DNA from: a bacterium
GTDB taxonomy: Bacteria; SAR324; NAC60-12
Length of the DNA: 36,893 nt
Direction: 5' to 3'
NCBI GenBank assembly: GCA_965233585.1
Contig: CBDDTI010000401.1
Coordinates: 1 to 36,893, forward strand
Under the pieces are notes generated by a model that saw only the letters and a program-made list of their open reading frames with translations, was not told where the DNA came from and ran no database searches. Both the position numbers and the translations under genes were made by a program. Shown piece by piece: positions 19,874 through 31,817 of this stretch; position 1 is the first letter of the stretch, and every line of letters starts with the position of its first letter.

Positions 19874-21384
19874 AAAAGAAACAGGAAGAGGACGTATCCA
19901 CCATGTTTTTGGTGCCGAAACGAATTTACCTTGCCGTGAGGGAGGTCATTAGCGAAGATGACAAGCTTAATCAATTAGATCAATTGAATAAAGGTACAAA
20001 TTATATAGAAGACGCTATTCAATTTAAGCAGCAGAAATCCTACAAGACACAACCGGAAGATTTGAAGAAAACGGTTTCAACTTTGGTAAATACGTTCAAT
20101 AACATTGAGCAGCCAGCACAGATCGAAATAAACTCCTTGCCTGCTCGAAACAGCGAAGAACTCTCGCAAGATGGTTTTACTTCTGTCCCTCCATCAAGCG
20201 GAAGCCAGCTCGATGGTCCTAATTTCATCTTTCCACCTGTAAATCCAACGGAAGCGGAAAACGTAAAACATCAAAAGGAAATAACGCTTTCGCATCAGGA
20301 AATTGCATCGGAAAATTTACTTAATAACGAGCCTCAGCCTCAACATTGCGAACCATCAAACATCGACTTGAAAAAGAAAAACAACGTTCCGCCAAAACTT
20401 AGATGCCCGTTTTGTAACTATGCAACCTACTCAAGGGTATATTTTCTTATGGAACATTTGCGTAATAAACACAACTACCGCGCTAGTTTGGAAGAAGAAA
20501 GATCAGCAAGAGAAACATTGGAAAAGGCCAAAATTGAGCGCAATTCAAACAAAACCAAGGAACCTTTGCCATCTTTTCGCGGCAAAAGAAAAAACATTAG
20601 TGTCGAGGATGAAAGCGGCATTCCATTAAAGCGGCGAAAACGTGATTGTTTAACTAAAAATTACGATGAAAATGAACCACTTTCGAAATTAAGACGCAAT
20701 GTAAAAAATAAAAAATTAAATGCAAAACCAACAAAGAAAAAGGTAAAAAAGTCAACTTTTGATGAAAACGAGCCACTTTCTAAATTAAGACGTCAAGGTG
20801 TAAAAACGAAGAAAGAAAAGAAAGAATCAAGAAAATTAACTGTTGATGAAATACCTAAACAAGATGGGAAGCTTTTTAAATTACGAAAAAACCCGTTTTA
20901 CATGAAGCCTTATAAAAAATACAATACGAAGAAAGAAAAGAAAGAATTAAAAAAGTTGACTGTTGATGAAATACTTAAACAGGATGGGAAGCTTTTTAAA
21001 TTACGAAAAAACCCGTTTTACAAGAAGCCTTGTGAAAATTACGATGAAAATGAACCACTTTCGAAATTAAGACGCAATGTAAAAAATAAAAAAATAAATG
21101 CAAAACCGACAAAGAGAAAGTTAAAAGAGTCGACTTTTGATGAAAACGAGCCACTTTCTAAATTAAGACATCAAGGTGTAAAAACGAAGAAAGAAAAGAA
21201 AGAGTTAAAAAAGTTGACTGATGATGAAATACAGCTTTTTAAATTACGAAAAAACCCATTTTACAAGAAGCCTTATAAAAATTACGATGAAAATGAACCA
21301 CTTTCAAAATTAAGACGCAATAGTAAAAAAAAAAACCCGTTTTACAAGAAGCCATTTCCTAAATTGATTGTTAGAAAGTTTTAA
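19870..21384 (+). CDS. Lysine-rich repeat protein with one C2H2 finger (504 aa)
   Basis: ATGA overlap with the upstream ORF; N-terminal MFLVP; CPFC..HLRNKH; five DENEPLSKLR repeats; AATAAA at 21408-21413. Confidence 0.75.
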   Translation: MKKKQEEDVSTMFLVPKRIYLAVREVISEDDKLNQLDQLNKGTNYIEDAIQFKQQKSYKTQPEDLKKTVSTLVNTFNNIEQPAQIEINSLPARNSEELSQDGFTSVPPSSGSQLDGPNFIFPPVNPTEAENVKHQKEITLSHQEIASENLLNNEPQPQHCEPSNIDLKKKNNVPPKLRCPFCNYATYSRVYFLMEHLRNKHNYRASLEEERSARETLEKAKIERNSNKTKEPLPSFRGKRKNISVEDESGIPLKRRKRDCLTKNYDENEPLSKLRRNVKNKKLNAKPTKKKVKKSTFDENEPLSKLRRQGVKTKKEKKESRKLTVDEIPKQDGKLFKLRKNPFYMKPYKKYNTKKEKKELKKLTVDEILKQDGKLFKLRKNPFYKKPCENYDENEPLSKLRRNVKNKKINAKPTKRKLKESTFDENEPLSKLRHQGVKTKKEKKELKKLTDDEIQLFKLRKNPFYKKPYKNYDENEPLSKLRRNSKKKNPFYKKPFPKLIVRKF

Positions 21385-22240
21385 GAAAAACAAGATAAAA
21401 AGATAAAAATAAAATTTTCATATTTTTGCAATTTCCTTAACTATTTAGTAACAGCATTCCGTTGAAGTTTATAGCCAAAAAAGAAAAGAAAAACCCAAGT
21501 TATTGAGCACGTTTCTTCGTCTATGGACCGCTGACATTCTGGTGCCTGGATCTAAAATTTCACGCCAGCGTCAAAATTGAGATCCCGGCACCAGAAAAAG
21601 TAAATGAAATACTAAAACATGGGAAGCTTTTTAAATTACGAAAAAACCCGTTTTACAAGAAGCCTTGTGAAAATTACGATGAAAATGAACCACTTTCAAA
21701 ATTAAGACGCCGTGTAAAAAATAAAAAAATAAATGCAAAACCGTCAAAGAGAAAGTTAAAAGAGTCGACTTTTGATGAAAACGAGCCACTTTCTAAATTA
21801 AGACATCAAGGTGTAAAAACGAAGAAAGAAAAGAAAGAGTTAAAAAAGTTGACTGATGATGAAATACAGCTTTTTAAATTACGAAAAAACCCATTTTACA
21901 AGAAGCCTTATAAAAATTACGATGAAAATGAACCACTTTCAAAATTAAGACGCAATAGTAAAAAAAAAAACCCGTTTTACAAGAAGCCATTTCCTAAATT
22001 GATTGTTAGAAAGTTTTAAGAAAAACAAGATAAAAAGATAAAAATAAAATTTTCATATTTTTGCAATTTCCTTAACTATTTAGTAACAGCATTCCGTTGA
22101 AGTTTATAGCCAAAAAAGAAAAGAAAAACTCCCAAGTTATTGAGCACGTTTCTCCGTCTATGGACCGCTGACATTCTGGTGCCTGGATCTAAAATTTCAT
22201 GCCAGCGTCAAAATTGAGATCCCGGCACCAGAAAAAGTAA
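20966..22240 (+). repeat. ~637-bp tandem duplication (20966-21603 and 21604-22240)
   Basis: The ORF 3' end, its UTR and the first ~82 bp of the right TIR are repeated with scattered differences. Confidence 0.9.
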
Positions 22241-22875
22241 TGCAGACAAGTAAAATTTTGATGCATGCATGAAATTTTTAGTGCGTGCACCAACTTTTTC
22301 ATGCCTGCATTAGACAGAGCAATGCAGGCACCAAACTTTTCATGCACGCACCAAACTTTTCATGCCAGCATTAGACGGAGCAATGCAGGCACCAGATTTT
22401 TCATGCACGCACCAAACTTTTCATGCCAGCATTAGACGGAGCAATGCAGGCACCAAACTTTTCATGCACGCACCAAACTTTTCATGCCAGCATTAGACAA
22501 AGCAATGCAGGCACCAAACTTTTGGTGCACGCACCAAATTTCTCATGCCAGCATTAGACACAGCAATGCACGCACCAAACTTTTCATGCACGCACCAAAC
22601 TTTTCATGCCGGCATTAGACGGAGCAATGCAGGCACCAAACTTTTGGTGCACGCACCAAACTTTTCATGCTGGCATTAGACACGGCAATGCACGCACCAA
22701 ACTTTTGGTGCAGGCACCAGAAATCGGTTGACATTTAGATGCATTTAGATTGAATCAGTTGACGTTTTGCTTGCAACGAGAACGCATCTAGATGAATTTA
22801 GATGAATTTAGATGAATTTAGATGAATTTAGATGAATTCGGGCCGAAAACATCTAAAAACAGGCTGCTGTCATCC
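22158..22875 (-). repeat. Right terminal inverted repeat (718 bp)
   Basis: CTATGGACC...GTCATCC. Seven 61-bp units (GCATTAGA at 22307-22673, period 61) and five 10-bp GATGAATTTA-type units. Confidence 0.93.
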
Positions 22876-22885
22876 GTTTTTACTA

Positions 22886-22975
22886 CAGTAATTCTGCATT
22901 TTTTTCCTTAAATTACCTGAAAATCTACTGGGTGCGGCTTATAATCAGGTGCGCCTTATAATCCGGAATTTACGG
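22886..22975. mobile_element. Short Tc1/pogo-like MITE remnant
   Basis: Flanked by TA. Right end GGTGCGCCTTATAATCCGGAATTTACGG resembles pogo/Tigger-type ends; left end CAGTAATTC is degenerate. Confidence 0.45.
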
Positions 22976-23847
22976 TATTTTTTGCTTTGTTTGAATAACA
23001 GATGAAAGTCAGGACTGTGTCAGGCCAGCTTTAACATCGATTCCTGAAAAAATTATGGACAGTAATGTCAGATAACTTCGAGAAAGGTAGTGAGATGAAA
23101 AATATTTGATGTTGCTGGTTAATATGGCCCTTTTATTGAATGATTTGTATAAGGAAGATGGTAACAATAACAAGAAAATTTTAAAATGTTGCTGCCAGCA
23201 GACATTTTTTAGACCATTTAGATTATTCAAAGCATATTACCATAGGTGAGCAAGGTCCATTTTCAATGTCTACGCTGTTTTTCAAAAACCTTTAGGGGGT
23301 TCTGTAATTTTTTTCAATTTGATCATGCTATTTTGCCATTTTACTTATATCGCCTAAAAATCGATCATAAGAGTTAAAAAAGTTTGACTGGCCTTTTTGG
23401 CCATGATGAAAGGCTGTCACATCAAAATTTTCATTTTTTAGCGTTCTTTAGGGGATAGATTATAAAAAAAGAAGAAAATACATTGAGCCAGAGGATGAAA
23501 AAAATTTTTGGAGTTTTTGTTAGGAAAATTCCTTTTGGTGTTTCTTGAAAAGGCTTGTGGTGTCAAATTTTTACCCTGTCTCTGCATCTTGCTATGTTAC
23601 ATAGTTTAACTTTCTGTCGCTTACTCGTCGTTGCAGGATTGCTCATTGCTCATTCATCACATCCCTTGTTTAATTTCATGTCCTTAATCACCCAATTAAA
23701 CAAGAACCGACCATTGTTATATGTGACCTGTATCTACATCCTACTTCATTTTCCTTCCAAACTAAGGGTGATTTTGGATCCAGAAGAAGAAATAAACAAA
23801 GATCTCCAGGGACTTAAGGTGTCATGAGGATTAATTTCAGAGGTTTG

Positions 23848-24095
23848 GTCGGGCAGGATTTCTTGCAAAAGATGGATAAGAAGAAAAAAGTACGTCCAGT
23901 TGAGCAGGATTTCTTGCAAAAGATGGCCAAGAGGAAAAGAGTTCATACGGTCGAGCAGGATTTCTTGCAAAAGATGACCAATAGAAAAAGAGTGTGTCCT
24001 GTCAACCAGGATTTCTTGCAAAAGATGGCCAAGAGGAATAGAGTTTATCTGGCCATCCAGGATTTCTTCCCACAGCAGGCCAAGAGGAAAAGTTT
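23848..24095. repeat. 51-bp minisatellite, ~5 copies
   Basis: CAGGATTTCTT at 23854, 23905, 23956, 24007, 24058. Confidence 0.9.
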
Positions 24096-24776
24096 ATGAG
24101 ACGGAGATATGCAAGTCCACCTCTCAGCAGTGCCCGATATCCCAACATAGAGCGCTTCACTTTCCCTCTGGTGCCAGTTGGAGCCCCTGCGCAAGGTAAT
24201 CCGGCCCAGCTGAATTCCTCCGTTTGACGCATTACACATCATTAGAGAAGATACGTAACCAATTAATTTTGGTTGGTATGGACGTGATCAGTAAAATTAT
24301 CAGATCCACCACTTCTCCCCCTTTTCCTTTCACGTAAAATCAAGGAAAAAAAAGCAACAATCAAGATTCAACATCGATTCCGTAATTAATGGGCTACTAA
24401 GGGATACGTTCCTGGTCAACCTGAGGTCAACACAGGCAAAGCCCGGACTCGATCACCCGGCAGATCCTTCATTTCGCAATGGAGCACATTGACAATCCTC
24501 TGACAATGTCAATTAAGCCCTGTCCTGATCCAGCGCACACGCTGTGTTTCCGAACATTTCATCGCCAGAGTCTCCGCTTCAGAGCATTACAACGTTGTTT
24601 CCGAGCATCTCAATCGCTTCAGAGCATCACAACTTCGCTTCGGAGCATCACAACATCACTTCCGAGCAACTCCACCGCTTCTGAGCAACACCGCTTCCGC
24701 AGCAACTTCGCTTCCGGGCGAAACTTTGACACTTCTAAGTGTTGTCACAACATTGGTTCAACGACAAGATCATTGC

Positions 24777-24919
24777 CTCAAAAAGGCAACAACACTGGTT
24801 CTAATCAATGATTCAACTGTCATCTGTTTGTCTCAAAAGGCAACAACATTGGTTCTGATAAATGATTCAACTGTCATCTGTTTGTCTCAAAAGGCAACAA
24901 CATTGGTTCCGATCAATGG
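24777..24919. repeat. 54-bp tandem repeat, ~2.6 copies
   Basis: GGCAACAAC at 24785, 24839, 24893. Confidence 0.85.
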
Positions 24920-26784
24920 TTTTATGATATGGTTCAACGTTGATGCACATGGTATTAGTCAACGTTGTTTTGTATGGTATCTGATTCATCATCGGATAAG
25001 ATGGAAAAATGCCAAGTGATGTCAAATTTGCCTCCAAGATCACTCGCTATCCAGGACTCATGTGTACCTGGACATCGCTTGCTATCATGAAGACATGGAT
25101 GATGCATTAGGGTTTCCTAGAGAAATAAGAATTTTAGAAAGCCCATCTTTCATGTGTGCAAGAACTAAGCTTTCTAATTCTCCTTGGGGGTACATGAAGG
25201 GACCAGCTTTTTCAGCAACTAAAATTGAGGAGAGCATTAGAACCATAGATATATTATACTCATAGATGAGCGGGTAAAAAGCTTCTCTGGGGTATCTTAG
25301 AAATAGCCGAGAGACGAACATTACAAATTCTTGGATCTTTCTTGCATTAAGCATATCAGACCTATTCAGCTGATATAGATGCAACACAGCAAGAGAAGGA
25401 TAGATATTACTTTATACAAAAATTTGTGATATCTCTCGGCCCATGCACCAGGACTCTGTTGGCTACCCCACCATGCACAAGGCCCTAGTGTTCCTCTATG
25501 TATATAATAGTACTTTGTGATTAGAACATTTAAGTGAATATTTAAGTTTGTAAATAATGTGACTCATTGTGCTTCTAACCGTCGCCAATTCTCAATTTTC
25601 CCTTCAAAGAAAAAAAGGCAGATTTGCCCCTTTTCTCCTAATTTTATCCAACTATCAATAACCCCTTACAGGGTTAAACGTCTCGTGATTAACTCGTGGA
25701 AGGTGGTTAATAGATCCACTTCCGCCATATTTTTCTTCCATCTTTTGTATTGATAATACTTAACTTTGTAGTTAGAATTTAGAAATAAATTCAGTCTTTG
25801 AATACCATCAAAGGACCAAGGTCTACGTCTTTATGTCTTTCCTCTAGCGATTCAAAAGACTATAACTCTTCGACCTTTCATTATGGAAAAAAAGCACCAA
25901 ATGTAGTTGGGGTAGAAAATTAAAATTTTTGAATGAGTCTATGTTGAAAGGCTTTCACATCAAAAAGTGACCATTTTTTGGCACACCTTATATTTTTGGG
26001 GATTTCTTTTCCAAGATATTGTCCTGTGACTACTTATCGACCCCCTCAATTCCGGCATTCAGCTGTTACTCAAAACAAAAAAACAAAACAAAGAAATTTT
26101 AATTTGCAGAGTGCTAGGTCCAACATCTTGTCAAAAGCACATAATCACCTCAACAAAAAATACACTGCCTTAAAATTGTAAGATTAAATTTTAAATAACA
26201 GGGCTTTCAAAAAAAAGCGCAGCTCGGGCACTTCAACTGAAAGCACAGAAATTGTTTTTCGGTTTTCAGGCGAATACTTCCTATGTTGTGTTAACATTCT
26301 GGTCAGCTGAAAAATGGGGTGGTAAAAAATAGACCGGAAGTAGGGGAAACGGAAAAAGGACGTGAATAAAGCATATACTCAGTAATAAAATTAGCACAAA
26401 TATCTCAGCTCGCTTCTCCGCCACATGTTTAGTAGATGGCGCTGCAGCCTGTGAAGACGGGCTGCAGTGCCACCTACTAAAACAGCGGAACTTCTTGAAT
26501 GGGACAAGGCCCAAAATATTTCAGCCTTTAAGCAATAGATTGCACCACTGGTGAAGGCATGCTCTGGAGAGTGGAAAAATTCAAACCCCTCTTTCTTACA
26601 AAAACAAAACACTTCTTCCTTGCCTTCTCTCTGAAGGAGTCACAGTGAAACTTACAAAAAAAGCCTTTTAATTCTTAAGAAAATTATTAACACTTTTTAA
26701 CAATGAGAAAAAAATTTCATTTTTAATAAAGATAGGCAATACCGTGGAGAAGACATGCTGAAGTTTTTAAAGCTAACTTTTCAC

Positions 26785-28324
26785 CAGGGTATTGATGATC
26801 GGCAATCATTTGATTGGGAATCGTGATTTTGGGTGATTTTTGGTGATCGTGATCTGATTGGAATCACCATTCAAAGTGATCGTGATTTTAGTGATTTTTT
26901 TTTTTCAAAATTTCCCCTTCCAATCACGATCACACTAAATAACCATCTAGAGTTTCTTCCTGGTAAATCCTCACTGTAAATTCCCATTTTAATTTTAACT
27001 AAACTTAACTTAAATAACCCCCAAAAATGGGAATTTCAAAAAAGATGTGTAAACTGTAAAGTGTTATGTAATTTTTCCAAACCTGCAGGTTCACATTTAG
27101 GACTCAGAAATCTCAAAACCCTTGAATTTTTAATCATGCTCATAATTTGTAATCAAAGATAAAGAATTCTAATCAACCTCAGAAATTCTGACAGAAAGGT
27201 TGCACGAATAAATCAGCATGATTAAATTACCACATTGTACTGAAAAGGGCATGATGGCAAATTTTTTGAGGCTTGGCTGCTTGTTCTGAGTGTGTTCCTA
27301 TAAGCAAAACTGTTTGTCATTACCTCTGGCCTAATGTAAAAACAAGAGCTTTTGCCGCTCAAAACACAAAATCAAAACAAACCTATTTTCGTTCTATGTA
27401 GTGAAGAAAAATTTCCAAAAAATATCAAAAAGTTCTCCACGATGCCTTTAATGTGTTTGAATAGAAATTATAAGTTTTGACAAGATATATCAATGTTTGA
27501 TCAAAAAGTCTTAAGGAGATTGAAAATTATGAGCATGATTAAAAATTTAATGCTTGACAATATTTTCTGAGCGCTAGGTGTGGACCGGCCCTACATGAAT
27601 TATATGATAAAAATTTGACAAATTAGCCTAAACAGGGGAATTTTTCAAAAACATCTTTTGAATAAATAAAAAAGAAAAACATAGTCTAGTAGCTAAAATT
27701 TTGGCAGTGTGATGAAGAATGTACAATAAAAAAGCACATGTCCTTTTTCATTCAGGTTTGGAAAAAATTATAGAAAATGGTCTGTCTCTAACACAGTATT
27801 ATAATTCCACAACATTTTTTGAAATGTTTTTTGCATTTTTTGCTTTGAAATGTTTTCACAGCAAATACTTGATCAATGATCAATATAAATCAAAAGTTAA
27901 CAAGACAGTTTGTTATGATCAATTGAATTGAATACTACTATTACAAATATTATTTGACTGAAGGAGTATGCAATGTTCAACACTCTTTTATAAGCCTCAG
28001 TAAAAAGGATGTCAGTTGGTTGGTGAGAAAAGCAGTTTTAGGGCCTTTCCTTCTGGTTTTTTATTTTTGGTCGGGTGACCAATTTTTTGTCACGATGACA
28101 AAAAATTGGTCGCGATGACAATTGGAATTGTAGCGTGGAATTGGAATCGCGACCAAAAATAAAAAACCAGAAAGAAAGGCCCCTTGTACTATGTTATGTG
28201 ATCTGATTGGTGATTGGTCCAATCACCAAAAAAATTGGTGATTGGTGAGTGGTTGAAATCATGATTTTTGACAAGTGATTGGTGAGTGATTGGAATCACT
28301 TTTTTGTGATTGTGCAATACCCTG
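26785..28324. mobile_element. Non-autonomous hAT-like element, copy 1
   Basis: CAGGGTATTG...CAATACCCTG termini, GTGAT(T/C)-rich subterminal repeats, perfect 8-bp TSD CTTTTCAC. Confidence 0.88.
28041..28182. mobile_element. Palindromic MITE nested in hAT copy 1
   Basis: GGGCCTTTCCTTCTGGTTTTTTATTTTTGGTCG / CGACCAAAAATAAAAAACCAGAAAGAAAGGCCC inverted arms. Confidence 0.7.
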
Positions 28325-28554
28325 CTTTTCACTAACAGATAAATGGTGGCACCAACATCAAAATTCATTGAAGCGAAAAAAATATTTTTGTCTCAGTCGA
28401 CGCGAGCGCCATCTACCAAGCTATAATATCACTAGATCTTTCAATTTGGGCCTCACCCCATGGATAAGGTCAAGTTAATTCTTAACGCGTTACTGTGGCA
28501 TGCGGCTGGGCTGACAAGAAACCTCTGTTAATTAATAAAAAAATTTATATATTA

Positions 28555-29675
28555 TGGGTATGGTCGACTTAATTTTAGGGACGTTCCTCACTACCTGGAG
28601 CAGGTGGAGGAGGAAACCTCTGTTACTAAATAAAAAAATATATATTATTATAAAATTTTTTTCTCTAATAAAGCCTTTAGCAGAGGCATAGCAGGGTTAA
28701 AATTATTGGGGGGCCGGGCTCCTTTTTTCCTTTTTTCCCCCCTCCCCACGCTATGGCATGTATATATTTTTTTTGGTGTTTGCCAAATTATTGGGGGGAC
28801 CCGGGCCCCCAGGGCCCCTTAATGCTGTTACGCCCCTGCTTTAGAGTATTTTAAAATATTCACATTTTATATAATAGAAAAAAAATTTTTTTGATATTAA
28901 AAATTGGAGAAATTTAAGGTAGAAAATCAGAAAAGTTTCGTGAAATTTAAAAAATGTGGTTCCATCGCCGGGGTGGGGTCAGCACTGAAGAGTGCTGCTG
29001 TTCATAGGTATATAATAATACTCTGTGGTGCATCCTCCAAAAAATCCAAAAAAACTTCGAAGGTTCAAAGGCGAAAAAAATTACGCCAATCACGACGAAA
29101 ACAAGTTCAAAGACGATCACAAGTGCTCTTTCCGGAGATCCGGACTGTTCATCGTCGACCCCTTCAAGGCCAACAACGCCAAAAACGACGACCACTGCCG
29201 GAAATTTGGAGCGATCTACAAGGCCTGTTCGTCATCGACTATTCTGAGGCCAACAACCCCAAAAATGACGACTACTACCTGAAGAACCTCGCCACAACCA
29301 AAAAGTTCGTTTCATTTCCGGAGATTCGGACCGTTCATCATCAACTCTTCTGAGGCCAACAACCCCAAAAACGGCGACTACTGCCTGAACTACTCTTCAG
29401 AGAGTTCAATTTCCTCTCTCAACGTGGCGATCAACCACTTCAAAGCTGTTTTTTTTTTGAGAGCAAGCAACGCCTACTAGCTTGGAAATTAAAGAAGATT
29501 TCGTGACTGTTCGCTCAGCCATGGCCATAGTAGTCGTTTTTTGGGTTTTGGGGTTGTTGGCCTCAGAAGAGTTGATGAAGGACAGTCCGGATCTCTGGAC
29601 ATGAGTAGCGTGGCGTGTAGCTCTGAAATTAAAGAAGATGGGCTATGTTTCGTTGAGCGTCAGCATGATGATAAC
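28555..29675. repeat. Host composite repeat copy
   Basis: 28555-28930 is an inverted match to ~36440-36660. 28850-29057 is a direct match to ~36700-36893. 29013-29570 is an inverted match to ~920-1502. Confidence 0.75.
28681..28838. mobile_element. 158-bp hAT-type MITE
   Basis: CAGAGGCATAGCAG / CTGTTACGCCCCTG imperfect TIRs, CTTTAG repeated on both sides. The paralogous repeat at ~36520-36545 lacks the insert. Confidence 0.75.
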
Positions 29676-29734
29676 CAGGGTATTGATGATCGGCGATCAT
29701 TTGATTGGGAATCATGATTTTTGGTGATCGTGAT

Positions 29735-29873
29735 GGGTCTTTTCCACATAAGCCCCGCCAAAAATTTAACCCCTGCCACCCCGTGCATTGAGTGAGCTGC
29801 AAATAGTGGCGGGGCTTAACTTTTCGCGTGTGCGCTTTTTTTATTAGTGGCAGGGCTTATCTGGAAAAGATCC
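29735..29873. mobile_element. 139-bp MITE (Merlin-like: GG ends, 8-bp TSD)
   Basis: GGGTCTTTTCCA / TGGAAAAGATCC TIRs and perfect TSD ATCGTGAT. Absent from hAT copies 1 and 3. Confidence 0.8.
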
Positions 29874-30151
29874 ATCGTGATCTGATTGGAATCACCATTG
29901 TAGATGATCGTGATTTGAGTGATTTTTTTTCCAAAATGTCCCTCCTGATCTCGATCACACTAAATAGCAATGGAAAATGCAGAAGGAAAACCGTGAAGGG
30001 GAGACCGGCAGGTAGCATGCACACCCTTCATAGATATGAAGGCAACACAGACATGGAAAGGAGCACAGGCGGGCAGGTAGAGTGCACACAGTGCCCAACT
30101 GCGGCTCTTACCAGCCAGTAACCTGCCAACCGGTCCCCTCTTTACACAGTC

Positions 30152-30684
30152 TATTCTGAATTAATTTTACTCTATTTTACTGCAGTATTGAATTATTTGG
30201 TATTTTATTATTATAATATTGACTTAATTTTATAAAAAAAACATTTCTCATAATAAATATTAGTAATTTTGAACTAATTATATTACTTGATTGCAAAAGT
30301 TTGTTCACAAAAGAACAAAAACAGGGACTATTTTAGTAGTGGATGATGCATTAAGACCACTAGCACCACCTGTTGTTTACACAGGGACAGGGTACAAGCA
30401 CTGATGTCTTTGGGTGCAAGGGGAAATTCTGAAATGGATGTAATTTTTCATGATTTACCCCAACAGGTGGCACTAGCGGTCTTAATACATCAGCCACTAC
30501 TAAAATAGTCACTGTTTTTGTTCTTTTGTGAGCAAACTTTTGCAATCAAGTATTATAATTAGTTCAAAAATATTAATATTTATTATGAGAAATATTTTTT
30601 TATAAAATTAAGTATATATTATAATAATAAAATACCAAATAATTCAATACTGCAGTAAAATGGTGTAGAATTAATTTCAGAATA
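30152..30684. mobile_element. Fold-back MITE with ~225-bp inverted arms
   Basis: 30152-30376 is an inverted match to 30461-30684. Confidence 0.85.
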
Positions 30685-31341
30685 TACGTAGCCAGCTGAT
30701 AGTTGAGAGGCTGGTTTTGCATCTGGTGTGGGTGTAAAGGAACTGAAAAAGGACTGTGAAAAATAACAGTTCCAGGAAATAAGGAACAGTTCCCGAATTT
30801 TGACAGAGGAACTGTTACTTGAACGATTCCTTGAAAAAATGGACTGTCTGAATGCCTGCCAATAAACCACCTTTTACCATTATGTACTCCATTTTTATGG
30901 CAAGGGGGTCACATTATAATAGGTAATAAAGAATGAAGCACTAAACAAAAAAGATGGGTCCCGCCAACATTAAGAGATATCAGTTGTTTTTATGAAAATC
31001 TACCGAGTGGTTTCCGCAAAAAAACCAGAGACCTGTAAAAAAACAACACAGTGTCTCTTTTGTGTACTTAAAATAGCTTAATTTTAAACATTTTCAATAG
31101 GAAAATTATTATATTTTTGCAAAAACTGTTTAAAATAAAAAAAGCAATATTGATATTAAGGGGGGTTGTATCAATGTTTCATAAAAATTTAATCCTGAAA
31201 AGTTATGTAGTGTGATCTGATTGGTGATTGGTCCAATCACCATCTGAAATTGTGATTGGTGAGTGATTGAAATCACAATTTTTTGACCAGTGATTGTTGA
31301 GTGATTGGAATCACCATTTTTCGTGATCGTGCAAATACCTG

Positions 31342-31817
31342 ATGACAACTCCTTCAAAGTTGCTGGTTTTGAGAGCAAAGAACGGCTACGTAGCTCTGAA
31401 ATTAAAGAAGATGGCCTACGTTTCATTGAGCGTCAACGTGACGATAACCCCTTCAAAGTTGCTGGGTTTGAGAGCAAAGAACGGCTACGTAGCTCTGAAA
31501 TTAAAGAAGATGGCCTACGTTTCGTTGAGTGTCAACCTGACGATAACCCCTTCAAAGTTTCTGGTTTTGAGAGCAAAGAACGGCTATGTAGCTCTGAAAT
31601 TAAAGAAGATGGCCTAAGTTTCGTTGAGTGTCAACGTGACGATAACCCCTTCAAAGTTTCTGGTTTTGAGAGCAAAGAACGGCTACGTAGCTCTGAAATT
31701 AAAGAAGATGGCCTAAGTTTTGTTGAGTGTCAACGTGACGATAACCCCTTCAAAGTTTCTGGTTTTGAGAGCAAAGAACGGCTACGTAGCTCTGAAATTA
31801 AAGAAGATGGCCTACGT
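31342..31817. repeat. 99-bp tandem repeat, ~4.8 copies
   Basis: 33-codon periodicity. Dispersed monomers at 85-255, 29615-29675 and 34195-34335. Confidence 0.92.

Larger units (their letters stand above)
1503..22875. mobile_element. Polinton/Maverick (adintovirus-like) endogenous viral element, ~21.4 kb
   Basis: Long TIRs at both ends enclose RVE integrase, pPolB, A32-like ATPase, adenain-like protease, capsid-like genes and small basic core proteins. This is the canonical Polinton gene set. Confidence 0.96.
29676..31341. mobile_element. Non-autonomous hAT-like element, copy 2
   Basis: Same termini as copy 1. TSD ATGATAAC/ATGACAAC (1 mismatch). Splits a 99-bp satellite unit. Confidence 0.85.

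Noticed and set aside
1490..22888. Canonical AGTA...TACT ends (1494/22884) with a 4-bp ACAG TSD
   Set aside because: ACAGAGTATTATT belongs to the host repeat seen at ~29013-29027, the right-hand ACAG overlaps a TA-flanked MITE, the five bases between AGTA and GGATGAC match poorly, and 4 bp is atypical for Polintons. Not fully excluded.
23000..26780. Host protein-coding exons in the right flank
   Set aside because: Short ORFs with no recognisable domains or consistent splice structure.
29990..30125. Degenerate hAT transposase dimerisation-domain remnant on the minus strand
   Set aside because: Only a faint resemblance that needs frameshifts and stops; cannot be supported without a search.
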